From IMG/VR virus record IMGVR_UViG_3300028840_002190: a stretch of DNA of 64,000 nucleotides. One strand, 5' to 3'. The notes below the pieces were generated by a model. It saw nothing but the letters and a program-made list of their open reading frames with translations, was not told the origin of the DNA and did no database searches. Positions 29,291 through 38,994 of this stretch are shown in pieces (within the stretch, counting starts at the first letter, position 1; each line of letters begins with the position of its first letter). The stretch comes from a virus. The position numbers and the translations under genes are program-made.

Positions 29291-32200
29291 CTAGTCTCCT
29301 TCGGTCATCCTCTTGAACATATCACTCTCCATGGCTTTTTGCAGCCTCTCAGCACCATCAGCAAACTTCTCGACCGCGGGCCGGAAATCCTTGAAAGCCT
29401 GAGCCATCTCTCCCTGCACGCCCGCCAAGGCCTCGTCAGACTTCTCGAGATCCTCAGCCTCTTTACCTTCGGCCTTGAGGGTCTCCTCTTCCTTCTTCTT
29501 TCGCGCTTCACCTAGAGAAGCTAGACTGTCCATAACCTCGGACTCGAGCTGTGCTCTCTTCTCTGGATCGGTCTCCTTCTGGAACTGTGCCATCTTTCGA
29601 GCCAAGCCCTTGTGCCCAGAACGTGCAAGCTGTCGAAGGTCTCGCTTGGACATCCGCTTAGCAACTTCACCCCCCGTAACTTCCCCAGTGGACAGGAGCT
29701 CTCCGAGACGGTCAGCACCCTCCCCGCCAATAGCTTCGCGGATGGTCTGGAGTCCCCCACCACCAACAACATCGGCATACTGCTGCGACTTGATCGATTC
29801 CGCTGAGAGGGTCGTCAGCATACGCATGGACTTGCTAACGTCTCCTGTCTCTCCACCAGCGGCGATACCGCGGAGGCGTTCTTTGGCTTCATCAGAGACC
29901 CCCGACAGAGAGATCTCCGCCTCTTCAACCTTCTTGTTGAACTCTTTCCTAAGCTGCGCTTCCGACTTTCCTGAACCCTTATTGATGCGCATAAACTCTG
30001 CAAGCGCAGCTTTACGCGCAGCAGCGGCCCCCTTCGTGCCTTGACTGGCAGCAACCGTCTTGGCCAACATCGCCGAAGGCCCCTCAGAAAGCATTTCCCG
30101 AACACCGCCTTCACCCTCTACACCTCCCTTAGTGTCGATATCCGCGAGACCGATGTTAGCCGTAAAATCCAATTGGTTTTCGAGAGCAGTGAGGGTTGCT
30201 TTCTTACCCTCCATAATTTCTTCTTGGGCGTCACGCTCTGCAGTCTTAGTAAGAAGGCCCGCTTCAGTCTCAGCAGCATCAAATTGAGCTTCATACTCAG
30301 GTCCCGCAATGTTCTTAGCTTTGCTAAACACTGCTCCCTGGAATTTCTCGTAGTCCCCCGATGCCTTCATCCGCTTAATAGTAGCTTCCACTTCCGAAGC
30401 CGGGAGCCCTTCCTCCGCTAAACTAGTACGGATAACTTTATCCAGCTCATCAGGGTTAATCGTCCCGTCATCCAAAAAGATGCTGGCAAGACCCCCCTGT
30501 TGTCTATTCTTGACGAGGTTCGCAACTTTCCCTGCAGCTCTACTCGCGGCAGCTCCTGAATCAACGCGATTCTTGCTCGCCTTATCAAGCGCCTCGTACG
30601 CCGACGTCCGTCCCGCTACAGTTGCGCCTTTACCAGAGGCGTATGTCGCTGCCCGAGAGAACGCCCGAGCTTTGTTGACCTGCGCATTAACCAACAACCG
30701 TGCAGTGCGCTCCTCACCCAACATCAAAGACGCTCCAGAACCCATCGCGGATTCGAGACCAGCCCGAGGAACGTTTTCTAAACCTAAAACGTTGGTCAGA
30801 ATCGCAGCTCCAGGCATCATAACAGACCCTGCAGCCAGCCCAGCCGATGCCGCTTCAGACGTGTCAAAAGCTCCTGAGTAGTCCAAAGCTCGAGACACTA
30901 AGCGATCACTCGGTCCCCCTGTCACCGTTCTACGTGGACCTTGTAACCCGGCAGCGGAGAGCACCCCACGGTCAACTCCCCGAGCCTGACGGCGCTCACG
31001 GGAGGACGCTACGAGACGCTCGTCCATCCGAGTGATCACACGACCCTCGGCCTCAGCGTCAACGTCCTCTAAGGCGTCCCCAATGGCTCCAAACGTGCGC
31101 CCCACATTCTCGAATCCAGCACCGTAAGCCCTCCCGATCATCCCGAAACCTTTAGACATCTTATCGAATCCAAGACCCCGGGAGAGGTCTCTACCGATAC
31201 GCGTCATCGAACCTGGAACACGCTCCTCTGCCTGCTGGCGCTGTCGTCGAGCTAGGCGCTGCTGCTGTTCGTTTATGCGATTCCGCTGTGCTTGCCAGAA
31301 CTGGGGGTTCTGGGCTTCTACCTTCATCTGTTCAGCTACTTCGTTACCAAAGAGCATCCGAGAACCAGCGCCAAACGCCCCTGCTCCTTGAAGTCTCAAC
31401 TGCCTGCCCGTCTGCAACGACATCTGAAAACGCATCGCAGTCAGCTGCTCGGGCGTCATGTTCTCCGCAGCTTCAGTCTGTAAGCGACGCTGCTGTAAGG
31501 GGAAGAGGGCCAAAGCCCCTACGCCGCCCTGCTGGACAGCGTTACCCATGTTCGACACAGCTTGGCGCACCATCCCCGCACCGCCCCCCGCGCCCATACC
31601 GCCGAGTGCTCCCTGATTCAGCCCGAAACCTCCAGCCCCGTACTGTCCAGCCGCAGCTCCAAAAAGGGGCATCGACAACATGGCAGCCTGAGCTTGCATA
31701 TTCCGCTGTGCCACACCCTGGACGCCTCCAAGAAGTGCGAGCTCACGCGGCTGGAACGTCCCCGTAGCTACAGCCTGGCGTGCAGCGGCAGCGGAATGCA
31801 TACCGTAAGTCATTCCCGAACCACCTGACAATCCCGCCTGCTGGAACGTAGCAGCCCCTGCCATACCCATCTGCTTGATACCTGCAATAGAAGCGCCTGC
31901 AGCACGAGAGTAGCGGTTCATGGACTGTGCCGCTTCCTCCATGTCATCCAGTGACATGCCGAGCTGCTTCATCTGTCCCAGCTCGCGGAGCACGTTCACC
32001 ATGTCCGGATCCTGAGTGAGTTGCATGTATTTACGAAGAGTGCGGCTCACATTCTTGATGTTCTTTCGGACTCCCTCGATGTCCTGCGACTCGTCCAGGA
32101 GGCCTGAACGTCCGGACTCCTGAGTGATCTTCATTAGATCACTACGGTTGAACATGTCCCCAGTATCCCGCTTGAAAGACCTGTCCTTCGACAAGTCCTG

Positions 32201-33019
32201 TATCTCTTCCGCTAAGCGGATAGAGGCGTCGCGGTTGAATCCACGACCAGTGGAGTGCGTGTCTTGACCTGACACCACCCAGTCCTGTGACATGCGCCTA
32301 AGCGCTGAGCCCATCTGACGACGCTCTATCATCGGCTGAAATGGACGCATGGCCAGATTGCCAAGACCTTGCGCAACACCACTCGTTTGACCTAGAATTC
32401 CGCCAGCAATGGCACCCAGTGGGCCTCCGATAGCTCCTCCTAGCGCCGCTGCACCCCCGACCCCTATGCCTTGACCAATAACTCGAGGTGCTTGTACCGC
32501 ACGGGAAAAGAACTGGTCCTTCTCCATGTCTTGCATCCGCGCAGCACGGTCCTCCGGAAGCTGAAACATCGGAGAGGTAGGCATCGGAGTAAACGGGGTA
32601 CGGATAGGAGGAGTCATCGGTTGGGGTGGAAGAGGCGCAAACATCGGACCTTGTGGTCGAGTACGGTAAACTCCTGTGGACGGAGGAGTCATCATTACGG
32701 GGGACGGGAGCATTCCCGGAGCGTACCCCTGACCTCCGGACATGGCTTGAGCTATATACGGATTGAATGACTGTTGTGACTGAATAGATTCGAACCGCTG
32801 CCGAAATTGCGCACCAAAAACGGAAGCTCCACCGCCTCCCCCACCTCCCCAATTACTCGGAGGCATCCCAGCAGACATCGCGGATACACGCTGCTGCGCT
32901 GACTGACTGACGAGCATTCGAGCTGCATCACCTGGAGAAGGGGGCTGCGCCATCGGCGTAACGCCCAGGTGAGCCTGCATCGCGTTGTAACCGCTGTATG
33001 GGTCATTCGGATCCGGCAT
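29291..33019 (-). CDS. Tape measure protein
   Basis: 1242 aa, A/G/Q/M-rich helical; directly downstream of the chaperone/frameshift pair. Confidence 0.85.
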   Translation of the reverse strand: MPDPNDPYSGYNAMQAHLGVTPMAQPPSPGDAARMLVSQSAQQRVSAMSAGMPPSNWGGGGGGGASVFGAQFRQRFESIQSQQSFNPYIAQAMSGGQGYAPGMLPSPVMMTPPSTGVYRTRPQGPMFAPLPPQPMTPPIRTPFTPMPTSPMFQLPEDRAARMQDMEKDQFFSRAVQAPRVIGQGIGVGGAAALGGAIGGPLGAIAGGILGQTSGVAQGLGNLAMRPFQPMIERRQMGSALRRMSQDWVVSGQDTHSTGRGFNRDASIRLAEEIQDLSKDRSFKRDTGDMFNRSDLMKITQESGRSGLLDESQDIEGVRKNIKNVSRTLRKYMQLTQDPDMVNVLRELGQMKQLGMSLDDMEEAAQSMNRYSRAAGASIAGIKQMGMAGAATFQQAGLSGGSGMTYGMHSAAAARQAVATGTFQPRELALLGGVQGVAQRNMQAQAAMLSMPLFGAAAGQYGAGGFGLNQGALGGMGAGGGAGMVRQAVSNMGNAVQQGGVGALALFPLQQRRLQTEAAENMTPEQLTAMRFQMSLQTGRQLRLQGAGAFGAGSRMLFGNEVAEQMKVEAQNPQFWQAQRNRINEQQQRLARRQRQQAEERVPGSMTRIGRDLSRGLGFDKMSKGFGMIGRAYGAGFENVGRTFGAIGDALEDVDAEAEGRVITRMDERLVASSRERRQARGVDRGVLSAAGLQGPRRTVTGGPSDRLVSRALDYSGAFDTSEAASAGLAAGSVMMPGAAILTNVLGLENVPRAGLESAMGSGASLMLGEERTARLLVNAQVNKARAFSRAATYASGKGATVAGRTSAYEALDKASKNRVDSGAAASRAAGKVANLVKNRQQGGLASIFLDDGTINPDELDKVIRTSLAEEGLPASEVEATIKRMKASGDYEKFQGAVFSKAKNIAGPEYEAQFDAAETEAGLLTKTAERDAQEEIMEGKKATLTALENQLDFTANIGLADIDTKGGVEGEGGVREMLSEGPSAMLAKTVAASQGTKGAAAARKAALAEFMRINKGSGKSEAQLRKEFNKKVEEAEISLSGVSDEAKERLRGIAAGGETGDVSKSMRMLTTLSAESIKSQQYADVVGGGGLQTIREAIGGEGADRLGELLSTGEVTGGEVAKRMSKRDLRQLARSGHKGLARKMAQFQKETDPEKRAQLESEVMDSLASLGEARKKKEEETLKAEGKEAEDLEKSDEALAGVQGEMAQAFKDFRPAVEKFADGAERLQKAMESDMFKRMTEGD

Positions 33020-33389
33020 TTAGTGCTTCCTCGAACTCGTCATCAGTGACCGTCATCTTCTCGAGTCTAGTCATTCGGCGAGTCATCTCTTGCGCCTCAC
33101 GCATACGCCGCATCGCACGCCTCTGACGTGCCGTCTCGTACCCCAAATTATACCGGTCCTGGCTCACTTCCTCCCGGTACTCTTCGATGATCTCGTCAAC
33201 GACATCAACGTCCACTCCTCGACCTATCGTACACGCCTGAACAATCAACCTTGCAAACGCAATCTTCTCGTTTCGCTCTCGGACCATCAGGGCCGTCACT
33301 ACGCGCTCCTGAAACGACCCGGGCGGCGGAAGCGGATGGCCCTTGTAGAAGGCCCACGCGCGGAGCTTACCCGCCGCCGTACTTAAAAA
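33003..33389 (-). CDS. -1-frame extension of the tail assembly chaperone (gpT-like part of a G-T fusion)
   Basis: The -1 frame is open from the slippery site (FLSTAAGKLRAWAFYKGHP...) through ORF 33003-33299 to its stop. Confidence 0.7.
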   Translation of the reverse strand, partial: FLSTAAGKLRAWAFYKGHPLPPPGSFQERVVTALMVRERNEKIAFARLIVQACTIGRGVDVDVVDEIIEEYREEVSQDRYNLGYETARQRRAMRRMREAQEMTRRMTRLEKMTVTDDEFEEALNAGSE

Positions 33390-33391
33390 TC
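33383..33391 (-). other. Predicted programmed -1 ribosomal frameshift site GAT TTT TAA
   Basis: A Phe codon in a T5 run directly before the stop can re-pair at -1 (TTT TTA), in frame with the downstream ORF. Confidence 0.65.
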
Positions 33392-34021
33392 CTCGGGGGC
33401 ACCTTCCGCAAACACGGCCTGGAGTTTAACGTCCATGTTGTAAACCGCAGTACTCAACTTCCCCACCATAATAGAAGGGAGGGTCTGAAGAAAATTCAGA
33501 CGCTTGTCGAACGCCTCCTCAATTTCTTCACGAGGGGCATCTGCCCGATCTTCGGGATGCTCAAACTTGTGCTCCCCAAATTGGACCAGAGAAGCAGCAG
33601 CATTGTAGCGCAGCACAATCTCATCCATGCTCGTCGCATAGGTAGGGTTCTCTGCCTCCAAATACTGCTGTGTCCGCAAAGTGTCCCGGTAGTTACGTGA
33701 ACGAATCACAATCGGCTTACCTCGGAGTTCTCGAGTCTCTGTGTAATGGCCGTGTGCCAAGACTTCGTCCATGATGGCTCGCGCCTTGTTGATGTCGAGC
33801 CCTACCTCTTTCAGACCTTCCAGGAACTCCTTTTCTACGTCCTCAGGCGTCTGCGGTTTAAACCCTACCTCTTCTTCCCCTGGCTCTTCCGAGCTAGAGG
33901 CCTCCGTCTCCGGTTCCTCCTCGGAGTCTTTACGTCGTAAAGCTACCCGAGGGGCATTCGTCGGCGGTCCGGAAAACTGACCGATCATAGGGGCGGCGCG
34001 GTCACTCTTTTCGTCTGTCAT
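33383..34021 (-). CDS. Tail assembly chaperone (gpG-like)
   Basis: 212 aa, acidic, upstream of the tape measure, AGGAGG RBS, ends EDF-stop at the slippery site. Confidence 0.75.
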   Translation of the reverse strand: MTDEKSDRAAPMIGQFSGPPTNAPRVALRRKDSEEEPETEASSSEEPGEEEVGFKPQTPEDVEKEFLEGLKEVGLDINKARAIMDEVLAHGHYTETRELRGKPIVIRSRNYRDTLRTQQYLEAENPTYATSMDEIVLRYNAAASLVQFGEHKFEHPEDRADAPREEIEEAFDKRLNFLQTLPSIMVGKLSTAVYNMDVKLQAVFAEGAPEDF

Positions 34022-34047
34022 GGAGTCCTCCTATATACGTTGACGAT

Positions 34048-34076
34048 TTCGACTATACCGAAAAGCGTGGTATAAG
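34048..34076 (+). promoter_or_regulatory. sigma70-type promoter TTCGAC-N17-TATAAG with TG extension
   Basis: Read directly from sequence, 35 nt upstream of the UDG gene. Confidence 0.6.
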
Positions 34077-34110
34077 GAAAGAAGTTCCCCCCTCCAAAGG
34101 AAGGCCGCCA

Positions 34111-34677
34111 ATGCGCTTTAGAGACAAAGTCCGTACGTGTGAGCTGTGCCCTGACCTCGCCTCTTCTCGACAGAATGTCGTTATCGGTGTCGGACCGGTT
34201 CCATGCCCCCTCGTCTTTTTGGGTGAAGCACCAGGGAAGAAGGAAGACGAGAAAGGGACCCCCTTTATCGGGGCTTCCGGAACGCACCTGCGTAACGTAC
34301 TGAAACTGCTAGGACTAGACGCAAAACAGTACCACATCCTGAACATGCTGAAGTGCCGTCCTCCGGATAACAGGGACCCCCTACCCGAGGAGATGGAAAA
34401 CTGCCGTCCCTACCTCCTCCACCAAATCAGATCCCTACGTCCCAAGGTCATTGTTCCTCTAGGACGGTACGCGCTGTCCTTCGCACTCGATACGAAACCA
34501 TCAGGGATTACCGTGTCGCAACATGTGGGACGCGTCATCACTAGAAAAGACTTTCCAGACATACGATTCATCGGAACCTACCACCCCGCATTTGTACTCC
34601 GGAAACGTCACACAGATGTTGAAAAAGCATTCCGTAGACATCTGAAGAAAGCTAAGAGGTACGCCTATGAAGTGTAA
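34111..34677 (+). CDS. udg: Uracil-DNA glycosylase family 4 (Fe-S type)
   Basis: CELC, GEAPG...GTPFIGASG, NMLKCRPPDNRDP, CRPYL, TYHPAF. Confidence 0.92.
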   Translation: MRFRDKVRTCELCPDLASSRQNVVIGVGPVPCPLVFLGEAPGKKEDEKGTPFIGASGTHLRNVLKLLGLDAKQYHILNMLKCRPPDNRDPLPEEMENCRPYLLHQIRSLRPKVIVPLGRYALSFALDTKPSGITVSQHVGRVITRKDFPDIRFIGTYHPAFVLRKRHTDVEKAFRRHLKKAKRYAYEV

Positions 34678-36919
34678 AGGCTGTGGGTACGTCATCGCTT
34701 ACGACCCAGAACGAGAAGGTAAAGACGAAACCTGCGTCATTTGCGGGGAACGCTATCGGGATGATCCCGACGACATCCTTCTACACGGCAAGTACGGAAT
34801 CGCTCGTGAAGTACGCCCGACACAGGCGGATATGGCGCGAGAAATTGACGATCTCATTTACCGTGATGCCCGTGGGACCCTCTACGCTGAAGGGGGTACG
34901 GGCATTGGCAAGTCATTCGCTTACCTGATCCCCGCCATCCTCGCCGGAAAACGTGTAGTCGTATCCACCGCAAAGAAAAGTTTGCAACACCAACTCGTGG
35001 AGAAAGACCTTCCACTCCTAGCCAGCAAAATGGGAAAGGACATCCAGTTCGGAGTGTACAAGGGAAAAGCGAACTACGGCTGCGTCAAGTGCGCGTCGAG
35101 CATCAAGACCAAAGTCGACCGGAACGAGTTCATCGACTGGGCAACCAAACTCATGATGCAACACGAAGCTGCCGATATCGCTAAATGGCCCGGGTCTCGA
35201 CCGAAATGGTGGGACGATATTACCGTCGAAAACTGCCCTCAGAAAAGAGGGGGTTGTGAACACGCTGAGTACTGTAAGCCTCAACCTAAAGAGTGGGACA
35301 TTATTGTCGTCAACCACACGCTTATGGCTATCGATCTCCTAATGGGGACCCAACCTGGGTTCCTTATCGGGGACTACCCCATCGTAGTCATCGACGAGGC
35401 TCACAAGGCTCCAGAGATGTTCCGCTCCGCCGTAACTGAATCCATCACGTTGTGGAGTACGAGTACCCTGCTGAAGCGTTTCGAGAATGATGACGAGCTG
35501 CACGCAGAACTCTCAATGTACGGGCGCATATCAGAAAAAGAAGCACGTAAAGCATTTACGCAAATTCGAGACATCTTCAAGGATATGCACGAGCGCGCCT
35601 TCCGGGGAGCCTCCTCTCCTAAAGAGACGATACGACTCCGTAGCCTCCTGCCCTTCAAAGATTCGGCTACGAAACTTCAAGAAGAAGTGGGGGAACTGAA
35701 AAAGAGACTCGGGGACACTTCCAAGGGCCTTTACGCAGACATTGAAAACCATAATACCAGCACCCCCATCGAGAAGGCTCAGGCGGTACTGGGGAGAATG
35801 GAAAAGCTCACGCGTAAGCTGCAAATGCTCCACGACATTGTCGGGAGTCTCCTAGATGAAATCGCAGTGGAAGAAGCCAGACAGAAACTCGATGAAGCCC
35901 CCAAAGAGGGGAACTGGATTATCATCGTGGACGACAAGGGAATCCACCGTAAACCCGTCCACATAGGAAATGTCTGTGGTAAGGCGCTGGCTAGCCGTCT
36001 AACACATCGGATCATCGTGTCGGCCACTCTGACCATCGGTGGAAACTTCGAATTCATGCGTAAAGAATTCGGAATCGACGACGCCATCGTCAAACTAGCG
36101 TCCACCGATAAGGAGCACTCTGTCGAAGCCGTCTACGCAAGCCCGTTCGACCTGAAGGACCAAGCGTTACTCTACACTCCCGCAACAATCCCCGTCCCAG
36201 CACATCCCAACACCGAACGGCGCCACGATTGGATAACGGCTATCACGCAGGAGATTGAACGACTAGTCCTCGCCTCACAAGGAGACGCCTTCGTGCTGTT
36301 CTCTGCTAAAGCGGACCTGAATGAAGTGCTAGCGGGCATAGACGAGCAGAACCTCCTATCCCACGGAATCAAGATCCACGCACACATCAACGACATAGAC
36401 GCTCAAAAGTTAACTCAGGACTTCATGAAGACTCCCTCGAGTGTTCTCTTCGGATTGAAATCGTTCTGGGAAGGCGTAGACATCCCAGGAGACAAGCTGC
36501 GCCTCGTAGTAATCCCGAAACTACCCTTCCCCAACCCTAAAGACCCCGTCATAGAAGCGTTGTCTGAGTTAGCAAAAGTTAAAGGAGAGAACTCCTTCAT
36601 TACCGTCTCCGTCCCCCAGATGCTCTTCGACCTTAAGCAAGCGGTAGGGCGTCTCATCCGCACCAAAACAGATAAAGGCGTTGTAGCTATCCTTGATTCC
36701 AGAGTCTGGACCGGAACATCCAACCAACTCAAGCATGAAAGAACTCTCGCTGATATCCGGCGTATGCGCGCCTTCTTACGGGACAACCCTGACCAACGAG
36801 CACGCTTCAAAGACGAAGGGTCTTACCGAGGATACGGTAAGCGTGCAGTAGACGCTACGGGCTTCCTTACGCGAACACCCTCCTTTACAAAGGCTGAAGC
36901 GTTTGTTAAGAAGTCTTAA
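34667..36919 (+). CDS. dinG: DinG/YoaA-family helicase with N-terminal Zn ribbon
   Basis: EGGTGIGKS, STAKKSLQHQL, Fe-S-type Cys, VIDEAH, SATL, SFWEGVDIPG, KLPFP, QAVGRLIRTKTDKG. Confidence 0.92.
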   Translation: MKCKGCGYVIAYDPEREGKDETCVICGERYRDDPDDILLHGKYGIAREVRPTQADMAREIDDLIYRDARGTLYAEGGTGIGKSFAYLIPAILAGKRVVVSTAKKSLQHQLVEKDLPLLASKMGKDIQFGVYKGKANYGCVKCASSIKTKVDRNEFIDWATKLMMQHEAADIAKWPGSRPKWWDDITVENCPQKRGGCEHAEYCKPQPKEWDIIVVNHTLMAIDLLMGTQPGFLIGDYPIVVIDEAHKAPEMFRSAVTESITLWSTSTLLKRFENDDELHAELSMYGRISEKEARKAFTQIRDIFKDMHERAFRGASSPKETIRLRSLLPFKDSATKLQEEVGELKKRLGDTSKGLYADIENHNTSTPIEKAQAVLGRMEKLTRKLQMLHDIVGSLLDEIAVEEARQKLDEAPKEGNWIIIVDDKGIHRKPVHIGNVCGKALASRLTHRIIVSATLTIGGNFEFMRKEFGIDDAIVKLASTDKEHSVEAVYASPFDLKDQALLYTPATIPVPAHPNTERRHDWITAITQEIERLVLASQGDAFVLFSAKADLNEVLAGIDEQNLLSHGIKIHAHINDIDAQKLTQDFMKTPSSVLFGLKSFWEGVDIPGDKLRLVVIPKLPFPNPKDPVIEALSELAKVKGENSFITVSVPQMLFDLKQAVGRLIRTKTDKGVVAILDSRVWTGTSNQLKHERTLADIRRMRAFLRDNPDQRARFKDEGSYRGYGKRAVDATGFLTRTPSFTKAEAFVKKS

Positions 36920-36955
36920 AGGCCGCTTAACGACACCCTGAGTAAGGAGGACCCA

Positions 36956-37120
36956 ATGGCCCGAAAAGAAGGTAGCAAAGTAATCACGTGTCCGAACCCA
37001 GCAAAAGGCAAGAAGCGCTGCGGCGCTACCTTGGTGGTGACGCCCGGACAGTGGAAGGTCTGCACACACTGCGGCTACAAGTTTCGCGCGACCAAGAAGC
37101 TCATCGAAGAGCAAAAATAG
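36956..37120 (+). CDS. 54-aa Zn-ribbon protein (MARKEGSKVITCPNPAKGKKRCGA...VCTHCGYKF)
   Basis: TAAGGAGG RBS; four Cys; below the ORF-track size cutoff. Confidence 0.75.
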   Translation: MARKEGSKVITCPNPAKGKKRCGATLVVTPGQWKVCTHCGYKFRATKKLIEEQK

Positions 37121-37139
37121 CTACCACTACCCTCCTTGG

Positions 37140-37189
37140 CGGCTAGGTTGTTGATGACCGCCTCTCATCCAACCTAGCCGTTTCTTTTT
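37140..37189 (+). terminator. Intrinsic terminator
   Basis: CGGCTAGGTTG/CAACCTAGCCG 11-bp stem followed by TTTCTTTTT. Confidence 0.8.
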
Positions 37190-37197
37190 GCTCCCGC

Positions 37198-37226
37198 TTG
37201 ACGGTAAACCCGGTAACCGGCATAAC
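37198..37226 (+). promoter_or_regulatory. Possible sigma70-type promoter TTGACG-N17-CATAAC
   Basis: Directly after the terminator, 6 nt before ATG 37233. Confidence 0.4.
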
Positions 37227-37232
37227 GAGTCT

Positions 37233-37592
37233 ATGAGACGCATCGTTATCGGAATCGGCACTACTAGGCCGGATAAGCAGCCATGCATCGCATGTGGCTG
37301 CGCTGCGTATACAGGGCAAGAGCCTTACCCTAAGACACTCAGTAACCTGCTAGAACACGTACTGTGTTGGACAGCCACGACGCACGACGACGCTGAAACC
37401 GCGATAAAAGCGGTAACGTGGCGACTAGTTGAAAAACTGTACTTGGTAAAGACCCTCACTTCCCCCGAACTCGAACACGTCAGAATCCTCCTGAAGCCCC
37501 GCTACCGTGACGTTGAGTTTCCCTGTGACACGCTCATCGTAAGAAGTCATTGGTTGATTTCTGCCTCCAACATGTTGTTAAATGACCTTTAG
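37233..37592 (+). CDS. Hypothetical protein with CxxCxC
   Basis: ORF-track ORF; start moved to MRRIVIGIG. Confidence 0.55.
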   Translation: MRRIVIGIGTTRPDKQPCIACGCAAYTGQEPYPKTLSNLLEHVLCWTATTHDDAETAIKAVTWRLVEKLYLVKTLTSPELEHVRILLKPRYRDVEFPCDTLIVRSHWLISASNMLLNDL

Positions 37593-37606
37593 GGAGGAGA
37601 ACCGCC

Positions 37607-37837
37607 ATGAACGATGTCGCGTCAGAGCATCTGCGCCCTCACTGTGAGACCTGGATTTGCGGAAAGTGCCGCAAAGAAATACAGAAGGGCGACCGGGTAA
37701 TGCAAGTGTTCATAGCCCTAGGAAAAGGGCGTAATCCTACGAACGTGATGGAGATGGGGATGGAGCTCGCTCCTGAATGGGAGCTAGTACACGTCAACTG
37801 CAACGATCCCACTCTCGTCAAAGGGCTTAAAACTTGA
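37607..37837 (+). CDS. PARP-type Zn-finger-like small protein
   Basis: CGKCRKEIQKGD...HVNC; GGAGGAG RBS. Confidence 0.65.
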   Translation: MNDVASEHLRPHCETWICGKCRKEIQKGDRVMQVFIALGKGRNPTNVMEMGMELAPEWELVHVNCNDPTLVKGLKT

Positions 37838-38277
37838 AACCCAAACCGACAGGCATCGTTGATCCTTTCAACGAACCTAAACCGAAGGCTGACCTCCCGT
37901 CACCGTACGACGACCCTTACGGTACTGCGGATGAGGAAAAGTTTCTCCGACGTCCTGCGACATTAGACCTTGATGGGGACAGTTACGTCGTACGATTCGA
38001 AGGAGGTATAACTCCCGACAAGGCTACTGAGGCACTAGTACGACTACTTTACGACGTAAATTCCGAAGCACACATGCACTTGGAAGTTCATGGCATCGTC
38101 GTAGGGCGCGAAGAAGAAGAGAGCTTGATACTGAAAACTCCGTACGGAACCGTCAGTGTTTACCGCGATGGGGACGACGAGAGCTTGGTCTTCCGACGTA
38201 TCGGATTTGCCCTTTGGAGCCTCCCGAATAAGAGGGTCCTAGACAAGCATCAGGTCAAAATCATCAAGAGAGGGTAA
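37834..38277 (+). CDS. Hypothetical protein
   Basis: 147-aa ORF overlapping the previous stop. Confidence 0.6.
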   Translation: MKPKPTGIVDPFNEPKPKADLPSPYDDPYGTADEEKFLRRPATLDLDGDSYVVRFEGGITPDKATEALVRLLYDVNSEAHMHLEVHGIVVGREEEESLILKTPYGTVSVYRDGDDESLVFRRIGFALWSLPNKRVLDKHQVKIIKRG

Positions 38278-38279
38278 CC

Positions 38280-38534
38280 ATGCCAGCAAACAAAAAACCC
38301 TGTGGTACGTGTAAATTCATGTGGCCTCTGCAAAAGGGAATGCGAGGAGGGAAGACCTCCTCTCTTACTCGAGGTCACTGTTTAAAGCGTAGCGTCTTCC
38401 CGAAGAACCGTCCAGGCAACCACGTATACCCCCCGGGAGCCATCGTGAAAGATACGCCCAACAACACCATCCAACCTTACATTGTACGGACGGATGAGGT
38501 TGTTGAACACTGCACCACTCACGAGGAGCGGTAA
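38280..38534 (+). CDS. Small Cys-containing hypothetical protein
   Basis: CGTC...C...C; GAGAGG RBS. Confidence 0.6.
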   Translation: MPANKKPCGTCKFMWPLQKGMRGGKTSSLTRGHCLKRSVFPKNRPGNHVYPPGAIVKDTPNNTIQPYIVRTDEVVEHCTTHEER

Positions 38535-38535
38535 G

Positions 38536-38886
38536 ATGAATGATCGAACCATCACGATTCCTGACGGAGAAGGCAACATGGTAGCAGTAGAAGCTACCGA
38601 CGTACGACAAACAAACTCACAAGCAGCAGAGAAGGGTTTGAAGAATGCTCGCGCAGATGATTTCTTCATCCGCATCGGACACTGTACAGAAGCCCTCCAC
38701 AAATTCCTCAAGGCCTACATCGTAGACTACGGTTTGACGCAAGAAGAAGCCATCGCCGCCGTCTACCTGATGAACATTAACAACCGAGAGTTCGCCCCTG
38801 ACGGTACCGAAAACTGGGGAGAATACTACGACGGCGTCTGTAAGCACGTGTGGGACTGGTTCCAGAAGCACAAAGAAGAAGCTTAA
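38536..38886 (+). CDS. Hypothetical protein
   Basis: Start at MNDRTIT with GAGGAG RBS. Confidence 0.65.
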   Translation: MNDRTITIPDGEGNMVAVEATDVRQTNSQAAEKGLKNARADDFFIRIGHCTEALHKFLKAYIVDYGLTQEEAIAAVYLMNINNREFAPDGTENWGEYYDGVCKHVWDWFQKHKEEA

Positions 38887-38903
38887 GCTGGTAAAAGCTC
38901 TAG

Positions 38904-38932
38904 TAGACACTCTTTCTCTTCCTCCCTACAAT
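38904..38932 (+). promoter_or_regulatory. sigma70-type promoter TAGACA-N17-TACAAT
   Basis: Near-consensus hexamers, canonical spacing, in the intergenic gap. Confidence 0.6.
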
Positions 38933-38994
38933 TAAGTAATCACTGAAAATCGGCTGTGGGGGTTGGTTACGAATGCCGATCAAGGAGGTCTTGT

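Noticed and set aside
4202-34021. Bacterial tailocin/eCIS or T6SS locus
   Set aside because: Surrounded by phage replication genes and many small phage-type ORFs, with no bacterial housekeeping context
34667-36919. Type IV CRISPR (CasDinG) system
   Set aside because: No repeat-spacer array or cas genes nearby; the DinG sits with UDG
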